DNA of 64,000 bases from an uncultured Pseudomonadota bacterium (lineage in GTDB: Bacteria; Vulcanimicrobiota; Vulcanimicrobiia; Eremiobacterales; Eremiobacteraceae): assembly GCA_963736005.1 (NCBI GenBank), contig CAVTNB010000001.1:1152001-1216000 (forward strand). Direction: 5' to 3'. The stretch's first letter is position 1. Each line of letters starts with the position of its first letter. Positions 1-8,686 of the stretch are shown here, piece by piece. The position numbers and the translations under genes are program-made. The notes beneath the pieces are model-generated. The model ran no database searches and was not told the DNA's origin. It saw only the letters and a program-made list of their open reading frames with translations.

Positions 1-675
1 CAAGCGGAATCGATCTCGGCCAAGTCGCTCGAAAGCGCCGACATTGCTCGACGTGGTCGCTCCGACGTGGAAACAAACGTGTCGATGATGCTCGCGCTGC
101 GTGACCGTTTTCGCCAGACCAGCGACCGAATCGCGCATCTTTCCGAGCAAATCACGCAGATCGGAACGATCACGCGAACGGTGGCGGACTTCGCGGCTCA
201 GACGAACCTCCTCGCGCTCAACGCGGCAGTGGAGGCGGCGCGCGCGGGCGAGCAGGGGCGCGGCTTCGCCGTGGTCGCGGCAGAAATCCGCAAACTGGCT
301 GACCAAAGCAAGACCGCGACCGAGCGCATCGATGCGCTGACCCGCGAAGTGCAACGAGCATCCGATGAATCGGTCATGGCGATGATCGAGGGCGGCCGAA
401 ACGTCGATGAAAACGCGAGCCACGCAGCGCAGACAGGTCAGGCGATCGCGGAAATCATCGAAACCCTGCAGCATACCGTTGAATCGATGCAAGAGATAGC
501 GCTTGCCGCCAAGCAGCAATCGCACAGCATCGAGCAAGTCACGCAAAGCATTACCGGCGTGAACGCCGCTATGCGCGACACGGTTGCGGCAACGAGTCAG
601 ACGCAAGAGGCCACGCAGCGACTCAATGACCTGGCGCTTGGACTCAAGCACATGGTAGCGGCGTACCGCATCTAA
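1..675 (+). CDS. Methyl-accepting chemotaxis protein, C-terminal signalling domain (5' truncated by window)
   Basis: MCP hairpin-tip signature [34 protein letters not shown]; frame is open from base 1. Confidence 0.95.
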   Translation, partial: QAESISAKSLESADIARRGRSDVETNVSMMLALRDRFRQTSDRIAHLSEQITQIGTITRTVADFAAQTNLLALNAAVEAARAGEQGRGFAVVAAEIRKLADQSKTATERIDALTREVQRASDESVMAMIEGGRNVDENASHAAQTGQAIAEIIETLQHTVESMQEIALAAKQQSHSIEQVTQSITGVNAAMRDTVAATSQTQEATQRLNDLALGLKHMVAAYRI

Positions 676-678
676 CGC

Positions 679-2847
679 ATGGCGATGGATGCAACCCCTG
701 CGGAACTCGCAGAGCTCAAAAGCGTTTTCAAAGCGGAGTGTGAAGAGCACCTCACGGCGCTCGACAGCTTGTTGCTCAAACTAGAACAGGCGCCGCAAAA
801 CACGCTCGTGCTGCAAGAGACCTTCCGTCGCGTCCACAGCATCAAGGGAGCCGCGCGGATGGTGGGATATGCGGGGCTGGAGTCCGTTGCGCATGCGATG
901 GAAACCATGCTGGCGGGCGCGCGCGACGGCCGCCAGAGTCTCACGGCAACCCTGATTTCTGCGCTTTTCGAAGGCGCGGATGCCATGAGCGATCTCATTC
1001 GGACCGATACCGGCCGCGCTGACAGCGAACAGCGTGTGCGCGACGCGCTCGAGCGCATTCTGTTGCTCAGCGGAGATGCGGGTGAAGCAGCCGCGGCGCT
1101 CGATCGGACCCCGCATGCCGCCGTCAGCGACGCTGTGCCAGCCTACGGCCAGGACGTCGTTCGGGTCAGTGCGCAAAAGGTCGACAGTCTGCTTGCGTTT
1201 CCCGGAGAGCTCATGCGCGAGCTCATGGGAGAAGAACGAGAATTGCGCGAGCTGTCGCTCCTCGTGGAGAATTTCTTCGACGCAGCAGACGGAGTGCGCT
1301 CAAACGTTGACCAGCAACGCCGCCAAGCCGCCCTCGAGCGCATGCTTGCGCTGGTCGTCAAACGCCGGGAGCGAGTCCGTTCCCTTATGACGCAAATCGG
1401 GGAGCGCAGTTTGCGAAGGTCTCGAACGCTCGAAGACTTACGCCACGGTCTCGCCGGATTGAGCATGCTGCCGTTCCAAACGATTCTCACCGGCATGCCG
1501 CGCTTGGTGCGCGACACCGCGCTCGCCCAAGGCAAGCGCGTCGAGCTCCGCGTCCTCGGCGCCGAAGTCGAAATTGGTAAGAGCGTGCTCGAAAAACTGA
1601 TGGAGCCGCTCATTCAACTTGTCAAAAACGCAATCGCTCACGGCATTGAAACACCCGAACGGCGCATGGCGCGTGACAAAAACCCAGTCGGCACGGTCAC
1701 GATCAGCGTCACGACCGGTACGGCTAGCGCCACCATTGCTATTGAAGATGATGGTGAAGGAGTCGACCTCGCTCGCATTCGCGCTGCAATTGTCGCCGAA
1801 AACTACGCGAGCGAAGCCGAAGCGGCCACAATGACTGAAGCCAAACTGCTCAGCCATCTCTTCAAGCCGGGCTTTTCGACAAGCGAGCGCGCCGACGCGA
1901 TCGCCGGCCGGGGCGTGGGCTTGGACATCGTCGCCGAACGGGTCAATTTCTTGCGCGGCAGCTATCGTTTGGAAACGCATCCGGGACGGGGGTTTAGCTT
2001 CCATCTAACCGTTCCCGTCAACTTGCTATGGTCTTCCGTCCTCGCGATCAAAGCCGGAGAGTATGAGGCCTGCTTGCGGCTAGCCGACATTCGGGAGGCA
2101 ATGATTTTGCGACCAAGTGACGTCGTCCACATCGACAATCATCTGTGCGCCACGGTCCGCGGCGAAGCTATTCCTCTGCTGCCACTGTCGTTCGTTGGTG
2201 GCGGCGACGCCGAGATCACCTTCGGCTTGGATAGCCAGATCACGGCGATCGTCGTGGAATACGGCGAACGTCGAGCGGCCTTCATCATCGACGAACTCGC
2301 GGGCGTCTCCGACGTCATCGTCAAGTCTTTACCCAAACCACTCGGCACGCTTCCTGGGATCGCGGGCTATACGATTCTGTCATCAGGCCGGTCCGTGTGC
2401 GTCCTCGATGGAGAGTTTTTGGTTGAGGCTGCATACCAGTACAAGACTGCTGGTCGCGTGCGCCACATACAGCCGGCAGTCAAGCGCGCGGTTCTCATCG
2501 TCGAAGACTCCATGACCACCAGGACGCTTCTGCGCAATATTATGATCGGCGCGGGATATGATGTCGACACGTCCGTGGACGGCGCAGATGCTTGGGCAAA
2601 GATTCAGCAGCGGCGGTACCACTGCATTGTGAGCGACATCGAGATGCCCAATATGAACGGCTGGGATCTCTGCTCGCGTGTCAAGCGCGACTCGGCTTCC
2701 GCAGACGTTCCCTTCGTGCTCATTACGTCGCTTTCAAAGGATGAGGAGCGTCAGCGCGGACTCGAGCTTGGTGCCGACGCCTACATGGTCAAAGGACTCT
2801 TCAACGAGCAAGAGCTGCTCGATACCGTTGAAAGGCTCGTCGCTTGA
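679..2847 (+). CDS. cheA: Hybrid chemotaxis histidine kinase (Hpt-HATPase-CheW-REC), WspE/FrzE-like
   Basis: Hpt FRRVHSIKGAA; N box VKNAIAHGIE; DDGEG; F box FKPGFST; GRGVGLD; CheW-like domain; C-terminal REC (VEDS...SDIEMP...K). Confidence 0.95.
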   Translation: MAMDATPAELAELKSVFKAECEEHLTALDSLLLKLEQAPQNTLVLQETFRRVHSIKGAARMVGYAGLESVAHAMETMLAGARDGRQSLTATLISALFEGADAMSDLIRTDTGRADSEQRVRDALERILLLSGDAGEAAAALDRTPHAAVSDAVPAYGQDVVRVSAQKVDSLLAFPGELMRELMGEERELRELSLLVENFFDAADGVRSNVDQQRRQAALERMLALVVKRRERVRSLMTQIGERSLRRSRTLEDLRHGLAGLSMLPFQTILTGMPRLVRDTALAQGKRVELRVLGAEVEIGKSVLEKLMEPLIQLVKNAIAHGIETPERRMARDKNPVGTVTISVTTGTASATIAIEDDGEGVDLARIRAAIVAENYASEAEAATMTEAKLLSHLFKPGFSTSERADAIAGRGVGLDIVAERVNFLRGSYRLETHPGRGFSFHLTVPVNLLWSSVLAIKAGEYEACLRLADIREAMILRPSDVVHIDNHLCATVRGEAIPLLPLSFVGGGDAEITFGLDSQITAIVVEYGERRAAFIIDELAGVSDVIVKSLPKPLGTLPGIAGYTILSSGRSVCVLDGEFLVEAAYQYKTAGRVRHIQPAVKRAVLIVEDSMTTRTLLRNIMIGAGYDVDTSVDGADAWAKIQQRRYHCIVSDIEMPNMNGWDLCSRVKRDSASADVPFVLITSLSKDEERQRGLELGADAYMVKGLFNEQELLDTVERLVA

Positions 2848-3902
2848 CCAAGGCTCGCTGGGCTCGCGTCCTCATTGTCGAAGACTCGCCCACAGCGGCC
2901 CGTTTGCTCGTTGATGGCATCAGCCGCGACCCCAGGCTTGCGGTTGCCGGTGTTGCGCTCACGGCGACCGAAGCGGCTTCCCTCGCCGACCAATTGCGCC
3001 CCGACGTGATCACGGTGGATCTCATGCTGCCGGATGAGACCGGCCTTGACGTCATTTTGCGGGTGTTGCGCAAGCGTTACGTTCCCATCATCGTCGTCAG
3101 CGCCTTGCCGCAGAATGGATCGAGCTTGGCATTCCGCTCCCTGCTTGCCGGTGCGGCGGATATCGTTCCAAAGCCATCTGGTAGCCCCGCTGCGATGGTC
3201 GAGTTCTTTGAGGACCTCAACGAACGGATTGCGTTACTCGCATCGGCGACGGCACCTCCGCCTTCCGCGCGGTCGCCCTTACCCTCGCCCAAGCGCAAGA
3301 TCCAACCAAACGGTGCGACCGTTGGGTGCGTGGTCGTCGGAGCTTCCACTGGCGGACCTACCGCGCTCGTGGAGTTTTTAAGCGGCCTCGGAGCGGACTT
3401 TCCAGCGCCGGTCGTCGTCGTCCAACACATAGCCGCCCCATTTGTCGAGGGGCTGGTAAGATGGCTCAATCAAGAAACGCCCTTATCCGTGAAGCTCGCG
3501 TCCGATGGGGATGTTCTCGAGCCCGGGTGCGCCTATGTGGCCCCGGCTTCCGCCGACCTCCTCATTAAGAGCGGTGGGCGCTTGTCGGTGACGAGCGTGC
3601 TGCCCGATCGAACACACATCGCTCCATCAGCCGATGCCCTGTTTGAATCCGCAGCCGAAACCTATAAGTCACGGCTAGCGGCAGTGCTTCTCTCAGGAAT
3701 GGGGAAGGATGGCGCCGCGGGTCTTCTCAAAGTGCGCAGCAAGGGTGGCAAGACATTTGCGCAAGACCGCGAGAGCTGTACGATCTTTGGCATGCCAGAC
3801 GCGGCGGGCCGCATGGGGGCGGTCGAAGCCTTTGCTGAACCCCGCGGGATCGCCGCTCATCTACGTAAGCTCGTCGAAAGATCGGAAAGGATGCACGAAT
3901 GA
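2844..3902 (+). CDS. cheB: Chemotaxis methylesterase CheB (REC + esterase)
   Basis: N-terminal REC; catalytic motifs GASTGG, VQH and GMGKDG; 4-nt overlap with cheA. Confidence 0.95.
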   Translation: MTKARWARVLIVEDSPTAARLLVDGISRDPRLAVAGVALTATEAASLADQLRPDVITVDLMLPDETGLDVILRVLRKRYVPIIVVSALPQNGSSLAFRSLLAGAADIVPKPSGSPAAMVEFFEDLNERIALLASATAPPPSARSPLPSPKRKIQPNGATVGCVVVGASTGGPTALVEFLSGLGADFPAPVVVVQHIAAPFVEGLVRWLNQETPLSVKLASDGDVLEPGCAYVAPASADLLIKSGGRLSVTSVLPDRTHIAPSADALFESAAETYKSRLAAVLLSGMGKDGAAGLLKVRSKGGKTFAQDRESCTIFGMPDAAGRMGAVEAFAEPRGIAAHLRKLVERSERMHE

Positions 3903-4288
3903 GCAAAACCGTTTTGCTCGTTGATGACAGCGTCACACAATCGTTTCACTTGAAGTTGGCGCTCGTCCGCGCAGGCTTTAAAGTTGTTACGGCGGCCGAT
4001 GGCCGGAGCGCCCTCAAACATCTCGACAGTGAGAACGTCGATGTCGTGCTGGCGGACGTCATCATGCCAATGATGGATGGATACGAACTGTGCCGTCAGA
4101 TCAAGGACAGTCCCAAGCATGGAAAGCTTCCGGTGATCTTGATGAGTGCGCTCGGTGAAACCCACGACCAATATTGGCGCCAGCATGCCGGGGCCGATCT
4201 CTATGTTGCCAAGACCGCGGATGCGAGCAAGCTCATCAAGGCCATTGAGGATCTCCTCGCCGGCAAACCCGTCCAAAGCGAGACCTAA
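3899..4288 (+). CDS. Single-domain response regulator (CheY-like)
   Basis: LLVDDS, ADVIMPMMDGYELC, LMSA, YVAK; ATGA overlap with cheB. Confidence 0.9.
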   Translation: MSKTVLLVDDSVTQSFHLKLALVRAGFKVVTAADGRSALKHLDSENVDVVLADVIMPMMDGYELCRQIKDSPKHGKLPVILMSALGETHDQYWRQHAGADLYVAKTADASKLIKAIEDLLAGKPVQSET

Positions 4289-4322
4289 TTTCGGGGCGAT
4301 TGGAAAATCGCCCCGAAATTAG
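4285..4322. terminator. Perfect 17-bp hairpin between convergent genes (REP family B core), probable bidirectional terminator/stabiliser
   Basis: CTAATTTCGGGGCGATT-GGAA-AATCGCCCCGAAATTAG. Confidence 0.6.
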
Positions 4323-5023
4323 AGGCGACTGGGAGGGAATAGCAGGTCGAGCCCGCGTCGCACGATCAACACCGCTCCCATGACGACGATCGCCCATCCG
4401 AAGAAGTTGACCGCGATCCCCTGCTTCATCCCCATACCCAACCACTTCGCACCCAAGAAAACGAGCAACCCGCCAAAGAGCAGCCAAGCCACGTTTGTCA
4501 GCCGGTTCGAGCGCTCGTAGAGGGGCTGCTCTTGCCTGCGCACGGAGGACGTCGCCGGGGTTCGTTCCTGCACAATCTGCATTTGCTGTACACGCATATC
4601 CAGCGCCAACGGAGTTCGTGTGTGCGGACGCTCTTGAAGGTACAAGGCCAGCGCGTCGGGATCGCTCAGGCGCTCGAAATCATCCGGCGGGGTCGAACAC
4701 GACGTTCGCGTCACGGGGCAGCTTCGATCGATGACCAAGCGATACTCCTCGCTGCCGCTGCACACGATGATGCGCTCTCCGTCGAAGCGAAGACCATCCG
4801 CGGACATCGAACCTTGAGGCCATGTTGCATCGCTTCGGGGGAATTGTTCGCGAGCGGTTGCGACGAACTGAAGGAAATCTGCTTCGATGCCGCGCGGACG
4901 TCCGCTCGCGTTGTTGCGCACGCCTAAAATTACGACACAGGGGAAGGTTTTTTCAGCCGGCAACTGGGTCGTGAACTTACCCAGTGTCTTTGCATAGGAG
5001 ACGAGAAGCTCAGGACTCTTCAT
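4319..5023 (-). CDS. Hypothetical protein with two C-terminal transmembrane helices
   Basis: ATG at 5023 overlaps the nadK end (MKSPELL...); hydrophobic segments VAWLLFGGLLVFLGAKWLGM and IAVNFFGWAIVVMGAVLIV. Confidence 0.6.
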   Translation of the reverse strand: MKSPELLVSYAKTLGKFTTQLPAEKTFPCVVILGVRNNASGRPRGIEADFLQFVATAREQFPRSDATWPQGSMSADGLRFDGERIIVCSGSEEYRLVIDRSCPVTRTSCSTPPDDFERLSDPDALALYLQERPHTRTPLALDMRVQQMQIVQERTPATSSVRRQEQPLYERSNRLTNVAWLLFGGLLVFLGAKWLGMGMKQGIAVNFFGWAIVVMGAVLIVRRGLDLLFPPSRL

Positions 5024-5897
5024 CGATGCCGTGCTTGATCGACATGCCCCAGTGAAGTTTACGCTCGAGCGTTTGGAAAAAATATCCGCGGTCGAGCCGC
5101 ACGAACTCGACCGGCTGCGGTGCGCGCACGACCTCAACGGTTGCCCCGGCCGCTAACTCCACAGCCGGCTGACCGTCGATAAAGAGCTGGGCGCCCTTAC
5201 TGTCGGGCGGCAACACAATCTGGATGGTTTCATCCGCGCTGACGATGAGCGGACGCGAAAACAGCGTGTGCGGACAAATCGGAGCGATGCCAACCGCTGC
5301 AAGTTTCGGCGACATAATCGGTCCGCCGGCGGACAGAAAATACGCCGTCGACCCGGTTGGGCTTGCCACGACGATGCCATCTGCTGGAATCGTCGCGATG
5401 TGCGCACCGCTTAAGACAATGCCGAAGTTTACGATGTGTCCTTGGTGCTTGCGATCGATGTGAATGTCGTTCACCGCGTAAAAATGCTCGCTTGCGCCCA
5501 GCACGCGAGCGTCCAGCGCGAGATGCGATTCGGTGCGGGCTCCATTTTTGAGAATCGATTCCAGCGCCGTTTCGTAACCCGATCGTCCAACCTCAGTGAG
5601 GAATCCCACGCGGCCAAAGTCAACGCCGAGCAGCGGGATCCCCAGTGGGCCTGCCAGATGAGCGGCTTGCAAGAGCGTTCCATCGCCGCCGAGCGACACA
5701 AGCAAATCGGCCGACTGCGGAAATTTTTCCGTGCTGGCCGCTCCGTTGAGCCCAAGCTCCCTCGCCTGGTTGGGACGTACTTGCAGGGCCACGCTGTTGC
5801 GCAAAGCTACCTGCGCCACAGATCGGGCAGCTTGCACGGCGGCTTTGCGGCGCACGTCGACATACAGCGCCATGTTCGCGATCTTCTTGGTCGTCAT
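5010..5897 (-). CDS. nadK: NAD(+) kinase
   Basis: GGDGT motif; AVND; ADGIVVASPTGSTAYFLSAGGP. Confidence 0.95.
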   Translation of the reverse strand: MTTKKIANMALYVDVRRKAAVQAARSVAQVALRNSVALQVRPNQARELGLNGAASTEKFPQSADLLVSLGGDGTLLQAAHLAGPLGIPLLGVDFGRVGFLTEVGRSGYETALESILKNGARTESHLALDARVLGASEHFYAVNDIHIDRKHQGHIVNFGIVLSGAHIATIPADGIVVASPTGSTAYFLSAGGPIMSPKLAAVGIAPICPHTLFSRPLIVSADETIQIVLPPDSKGAQLFIDGQPAVELAAGATVEVVRAPQPVEFVRLDRGYFFQTLERKLHWGMSIKHGIDEES

Positions 5898-6709
5898 CGG
5901 TCGAGCGTTTCGTGGGCTGTTCGCACGACCCCCTCAATCTCAATTCGGGCGATTTTCCAATCGCCCGCTACAACGTCTTCCACGCGGGTGGCTCCGAGGA
6001 GAAACTCGATATTGCCCGCGGGCCCCTTGATCGGGGAATACGTCAGGTGCGTGCACCGCAAACCTGCGCGTTCGAATGCGGTGATGACACTCGCGATGGC
6101 CGCCTCCTGGGCTTGCGGATCGCGCACAACGCCACCCCGCCCGACAGCTTCGCGGCCGGCCTCGAACTGGGGCTTGATCAAGGCAACCATTCGACCGCCG
6201 GCCGCAAGCGCGCCCGCGAACTGCATCGCGAGCTTCGCGAGCGAAATAAAAGATACGTCGGCGCAGGCAAAATCAAACGGTGCTCCGAGAGCGGACGGGT
6301 CGGCGTGTCGAAAATTGGTGCGCTCGATAGGCCGGACTCGGGGGTCCTGACGTAACCGCCACGCCAACAGCCCGTAACCGACATCCACCGCAGCGACAGA
6401 CACCGCACCTCGTTGTAAAAGGCAGTCGGTAAAGCCGCCGGTCGACGCGCCAACATCGAGACAACGCAGTCCTTCGACGGACCAGCCAAAGACGTCCAAC
6501 GCTCGCTCGAGTTTGTACCCGCCACGGCTCGCGAAACGTTCGTGCGTGGAAACTTCGATCGTGGCGCCTTGGGGAACGATCCCACCAGCCTTGCGTCGCG
6601 TTTCCCCATTGACTTTCACGTCACCAGCAAGGATGAGCGCTTGCGCCCGCTCGCGCGAGACTGCGGCCGCTTTGGACACGGCTACGTCAAGGCGCGTCTT
6701 CTCGGGCAT
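5894..6709 (-). CDS. tlyA: TlyA family rRNA 2'-O-methyltransferase
   Basis: S4 domain RLDV; SRGGYKL; DVGASTGGFTD; DVSFISL; KPQFE; GNIEFL. Start chosen at MPEKTRLD. Confidence 0.93.
   Translation of the reverse strand: MPEKTRLDVAVSKAAAVSRERAQALILAGDVKVNGETRRKAGGIVPQGATIEVSTHERFASRGGYKLERALDVFGWSVEGLRCLDVGASTGGFTDCLLQRGAVSVAAVDVGYGLLAWRLRQDPRVRPIERTNFRHADPSALGAPFDFACADVSFISLAKLAMQFAGALAAGGRMVALIKPQFEAGREAVGRGGVVRDPQAQEAAIASVITAFERAGLRCTHLTYSPIKGPAGNIEFLLGATRVEDVVAGDWKIARIEIEGVVRTAHETLDR
5946..5972 (-). repeat. GTAG-tagged REP palindrome family B inside tlyA
   Basis: Minus strand TGTAG-CGGGCGATT-GGAA-AATCGCCCG. Confidence 0.75.
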
Positions 6710-6725
6710 ACCAAGGGCCGTTGTG

Positions 6726-7034
6726 TTAGGCTCCGTCCTCTTCTTCGTGGATTTCTTGATCGACTGTGAGGGCGTCTTCTTCAGCTTCATCATCTGGTGT
6801 CGCGGCGAGCGCCTCTTTTACCGCGAGTTCAGCCTGGACCAGCAAATCGCGGCAGACATTCGCGAGTTTAGTTCCCTCTTTGAAAAGATCCAACGATTTT
6901 GCCAATGGAAGATTCCCATCATCCAGTTGCTCGACGATCTGCTCCAAACGTGCAAGCGCATCCTCAAAATTCGGCTTCGATCGCGGTTGACTTCGCGATT
7001 CTTCTTCACTTCGCTTCGCTGCGCTCTTTGCCAT
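6726..7034 (-). CDS. xseB: Exodeoxyribonuclease VII small subunit
   Basis: FEDALARLEQIVEQLDDGNLPLAKSLDLFKEG; follows xseA. Confidence 0.93.
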   Translation of the reverse strand: MAKSAAKRSEEESRSQPRSKPNFEDALARLEQIVEQLDDGNLPLAKSLDLFKEGTKLANVCRDLLVQAELAVKEALAATPDDEAEEDALTVDQEIHEEEDGA

Positions 7035-8382
7035 GGTCGTCCTTCCGCGATTTCACAACTGCTCCTAACCGGCCTGACTTCAATTCGACGTCGATGTTTT
7101 CCCCGATGCGCACCGCGGCGGCGCGCGTGAGTACGGCTCCCGATGACCCGTACACGATTGCGTATCCGCGCTCCAGGGTCTGACGCGGACCCAACGCGGC
7201 GAGCTTTGCGACTGCGACGTCGAGCGCAGATCCACGCTGGCGCACGACGCGCGTCCACGCCACGGTCAGGCTGCGCCCCACTTGACCCTCTAGCACGCGC
7301 TTGGCCTCAATTGTCCGCAAGCCCAAGATCGGCAGTCGGGCACCGGCCTCAGCAACTCGATTCTGCCAATCGCGAATTTGGCTGCGTGGGTCGCGCCGTA
7401 CGAGCCCGAGCGCGACGCGATCTAGCCTTTGCGCACGTTCGGCAAACATGCCGACTGCCGCGCGTTCTAATCTGAGGATCGCACGCCGCAAAACAAATCC
7501 AGGTGCTTTGGCTGCCCGATCGAGCGCGCGGCGCAGCCGCATTTCGGCGGCTGCGATGCGGGCGAGCAACGCCTCGCGCTCTTGCGCGACGAATTCGGCC
7601 GCGGCGGTAGGGGTTGGTGCACGTAGGTCGGCCACAAAGTCTGCAATGGTAACGTCGGTTTCGTGGCCAACCGCGCTGATGACAGGCTTTGGCGATGCGG
7701 CGATCGCTCGAGCCACTGCCTCGGTATTGAAGGCCCACAGATCTTCGATCGATCCCCCGCCCCTCGCCACCACCACCACGTCAACCGGAAGTCTTCCAGC
7801 GGAGGCGATCGCCCGTGCGAGTGCCGGCGCTGCTGCTGCTCCCTGAACCGGCGCGGGGACGACCCAGATCGTGACGTGAGCGCCGCGCCGCCTGCAGGTC
7901 GTTACAAAGTCCGCCAATGCCGCGGCGTTCTTGCTCGTCACAATGGCGACATTGCGAATAAATGCCGGGATTGGCCGCTTGCGCGATGCTGCGAACAGCC
8001 CCTCGGCATCCAACGCTGCTTTCAGGCGCTCGAAGGCTAGGTGGAGCGCACCTTGGCCCACCGCAATGATGTCGGTGACGCGCAGCTGATAGGAGCTCTT
8101 GGGTTCCCAAATGTCGACGAAGCCAGCAACTTCCACTGCCACGCCGTCGCCGAGAGGTAACGCTACGTTGAGTTGCCGGACGGTGCTATCGAAACAAATG
8201 CAATCGATAAAACCTTCTCGGTCCTTCAGGGAGAAGTAGAGGTTGCCCGCAACTTTTTTGCATTTGGATATTTCCCCGAGCACGCGAACCGGCCCAGGAA
8301 ACTGTCCGCGGAGCGCACGGCGAATTCGCCGGCACAACTCACCGACCGAAATTGCTTGCGCTTCAAACAGGCTGCGCATCAT
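7006..8382 (-). CDS. xseA: Exodeoxyribonuclease VII large subunit
   Basis: GEIS...YFSLKD OB fold; ARGGGSIEDLWAFN; SAVGHETD; RAPTPTAAAE; LERGYA. Confidence 0.95.
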   Translation of the reverse strand: MMRSLFEAQAISVGELCRRIRRALRGQFPGPVRVLGEISKCKKVAGNLYFSLKDREGFIDCICFDSTVRQLNVALPLGDGVAVEVAGFVDIWEPKSSYQLRVTDIIAVGQGALHLAFERLKAALDAEGLFAASRKRPIPAFIRNVAIVTSKNAAALADFVTTCRRRGAHVTIWVVPAPVQGAAAAPALARAIASAGRLPVDVVVVARGGGSIEDLWAFNTEAVARAIAASPKPVISAVGHETDVTIADFVADLRAPTPTAAAEFVAQEREALLARIAAAEMRLRRALDRAAKAPGFVLRRAILRLERAAVGMFAERAQRLDRVALGLVRRDPRSQIRDWQNRVAEAGARLPILGLRTIEAKRVLEGQVGRSLTVAWTRVVRQRGSALDVAVAKLAALGPRQTLERGYAIVYGSSGAVLTRAAAVRIGENIDVELKSGRLGAVVKSRKDDHGKERSEAK

Positions 8383-8405
8383 GCTTACGTGAACGTGAAG
8401 GGATC

Positions 8406-8660
8406 ATGAGCAAGAACGACCCAACCCAGTTGAGTTTCGCGCGCGACATTCGTCCGATGTTTACCGAGACCGATGTGACGCAGATGAAGCTTGTTGGCAT
8501 CGATCTGAGCAGCAGAGACGATGTTGAGGCACGCGCCGACGATATTTACGCCGCTGTCAGCGAGGGCTCGATGCCTCCTGATTATTCGGACGAACCCCCC
8601 TGGACTCCCGAGATGTGCGATCGCTTTAGAGAGTGGCAGACGCAAGGATGCCCGCCGTAA
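8406..8660 (+). CDS. Small hypothetical protein (84 aa), resembles a cytochrome c-like domain lacking CxxCH
   Basis: ATG after GAAGGGA; pattern SFARDIRPMF...GSMPP...W...F..W...G. Confidence 0.7.
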   Translation: MSKNDPTQLSFARDIRPMFTETDVTQMKLVGIDLSSRDDVEARADDIYAAVSEGSMPPDYSDEPPWTPEMCDRFREWQTQGCPP

Positions 8661-8686
8661 ACGGAAAGACGAGCGGATCGTGGGTG

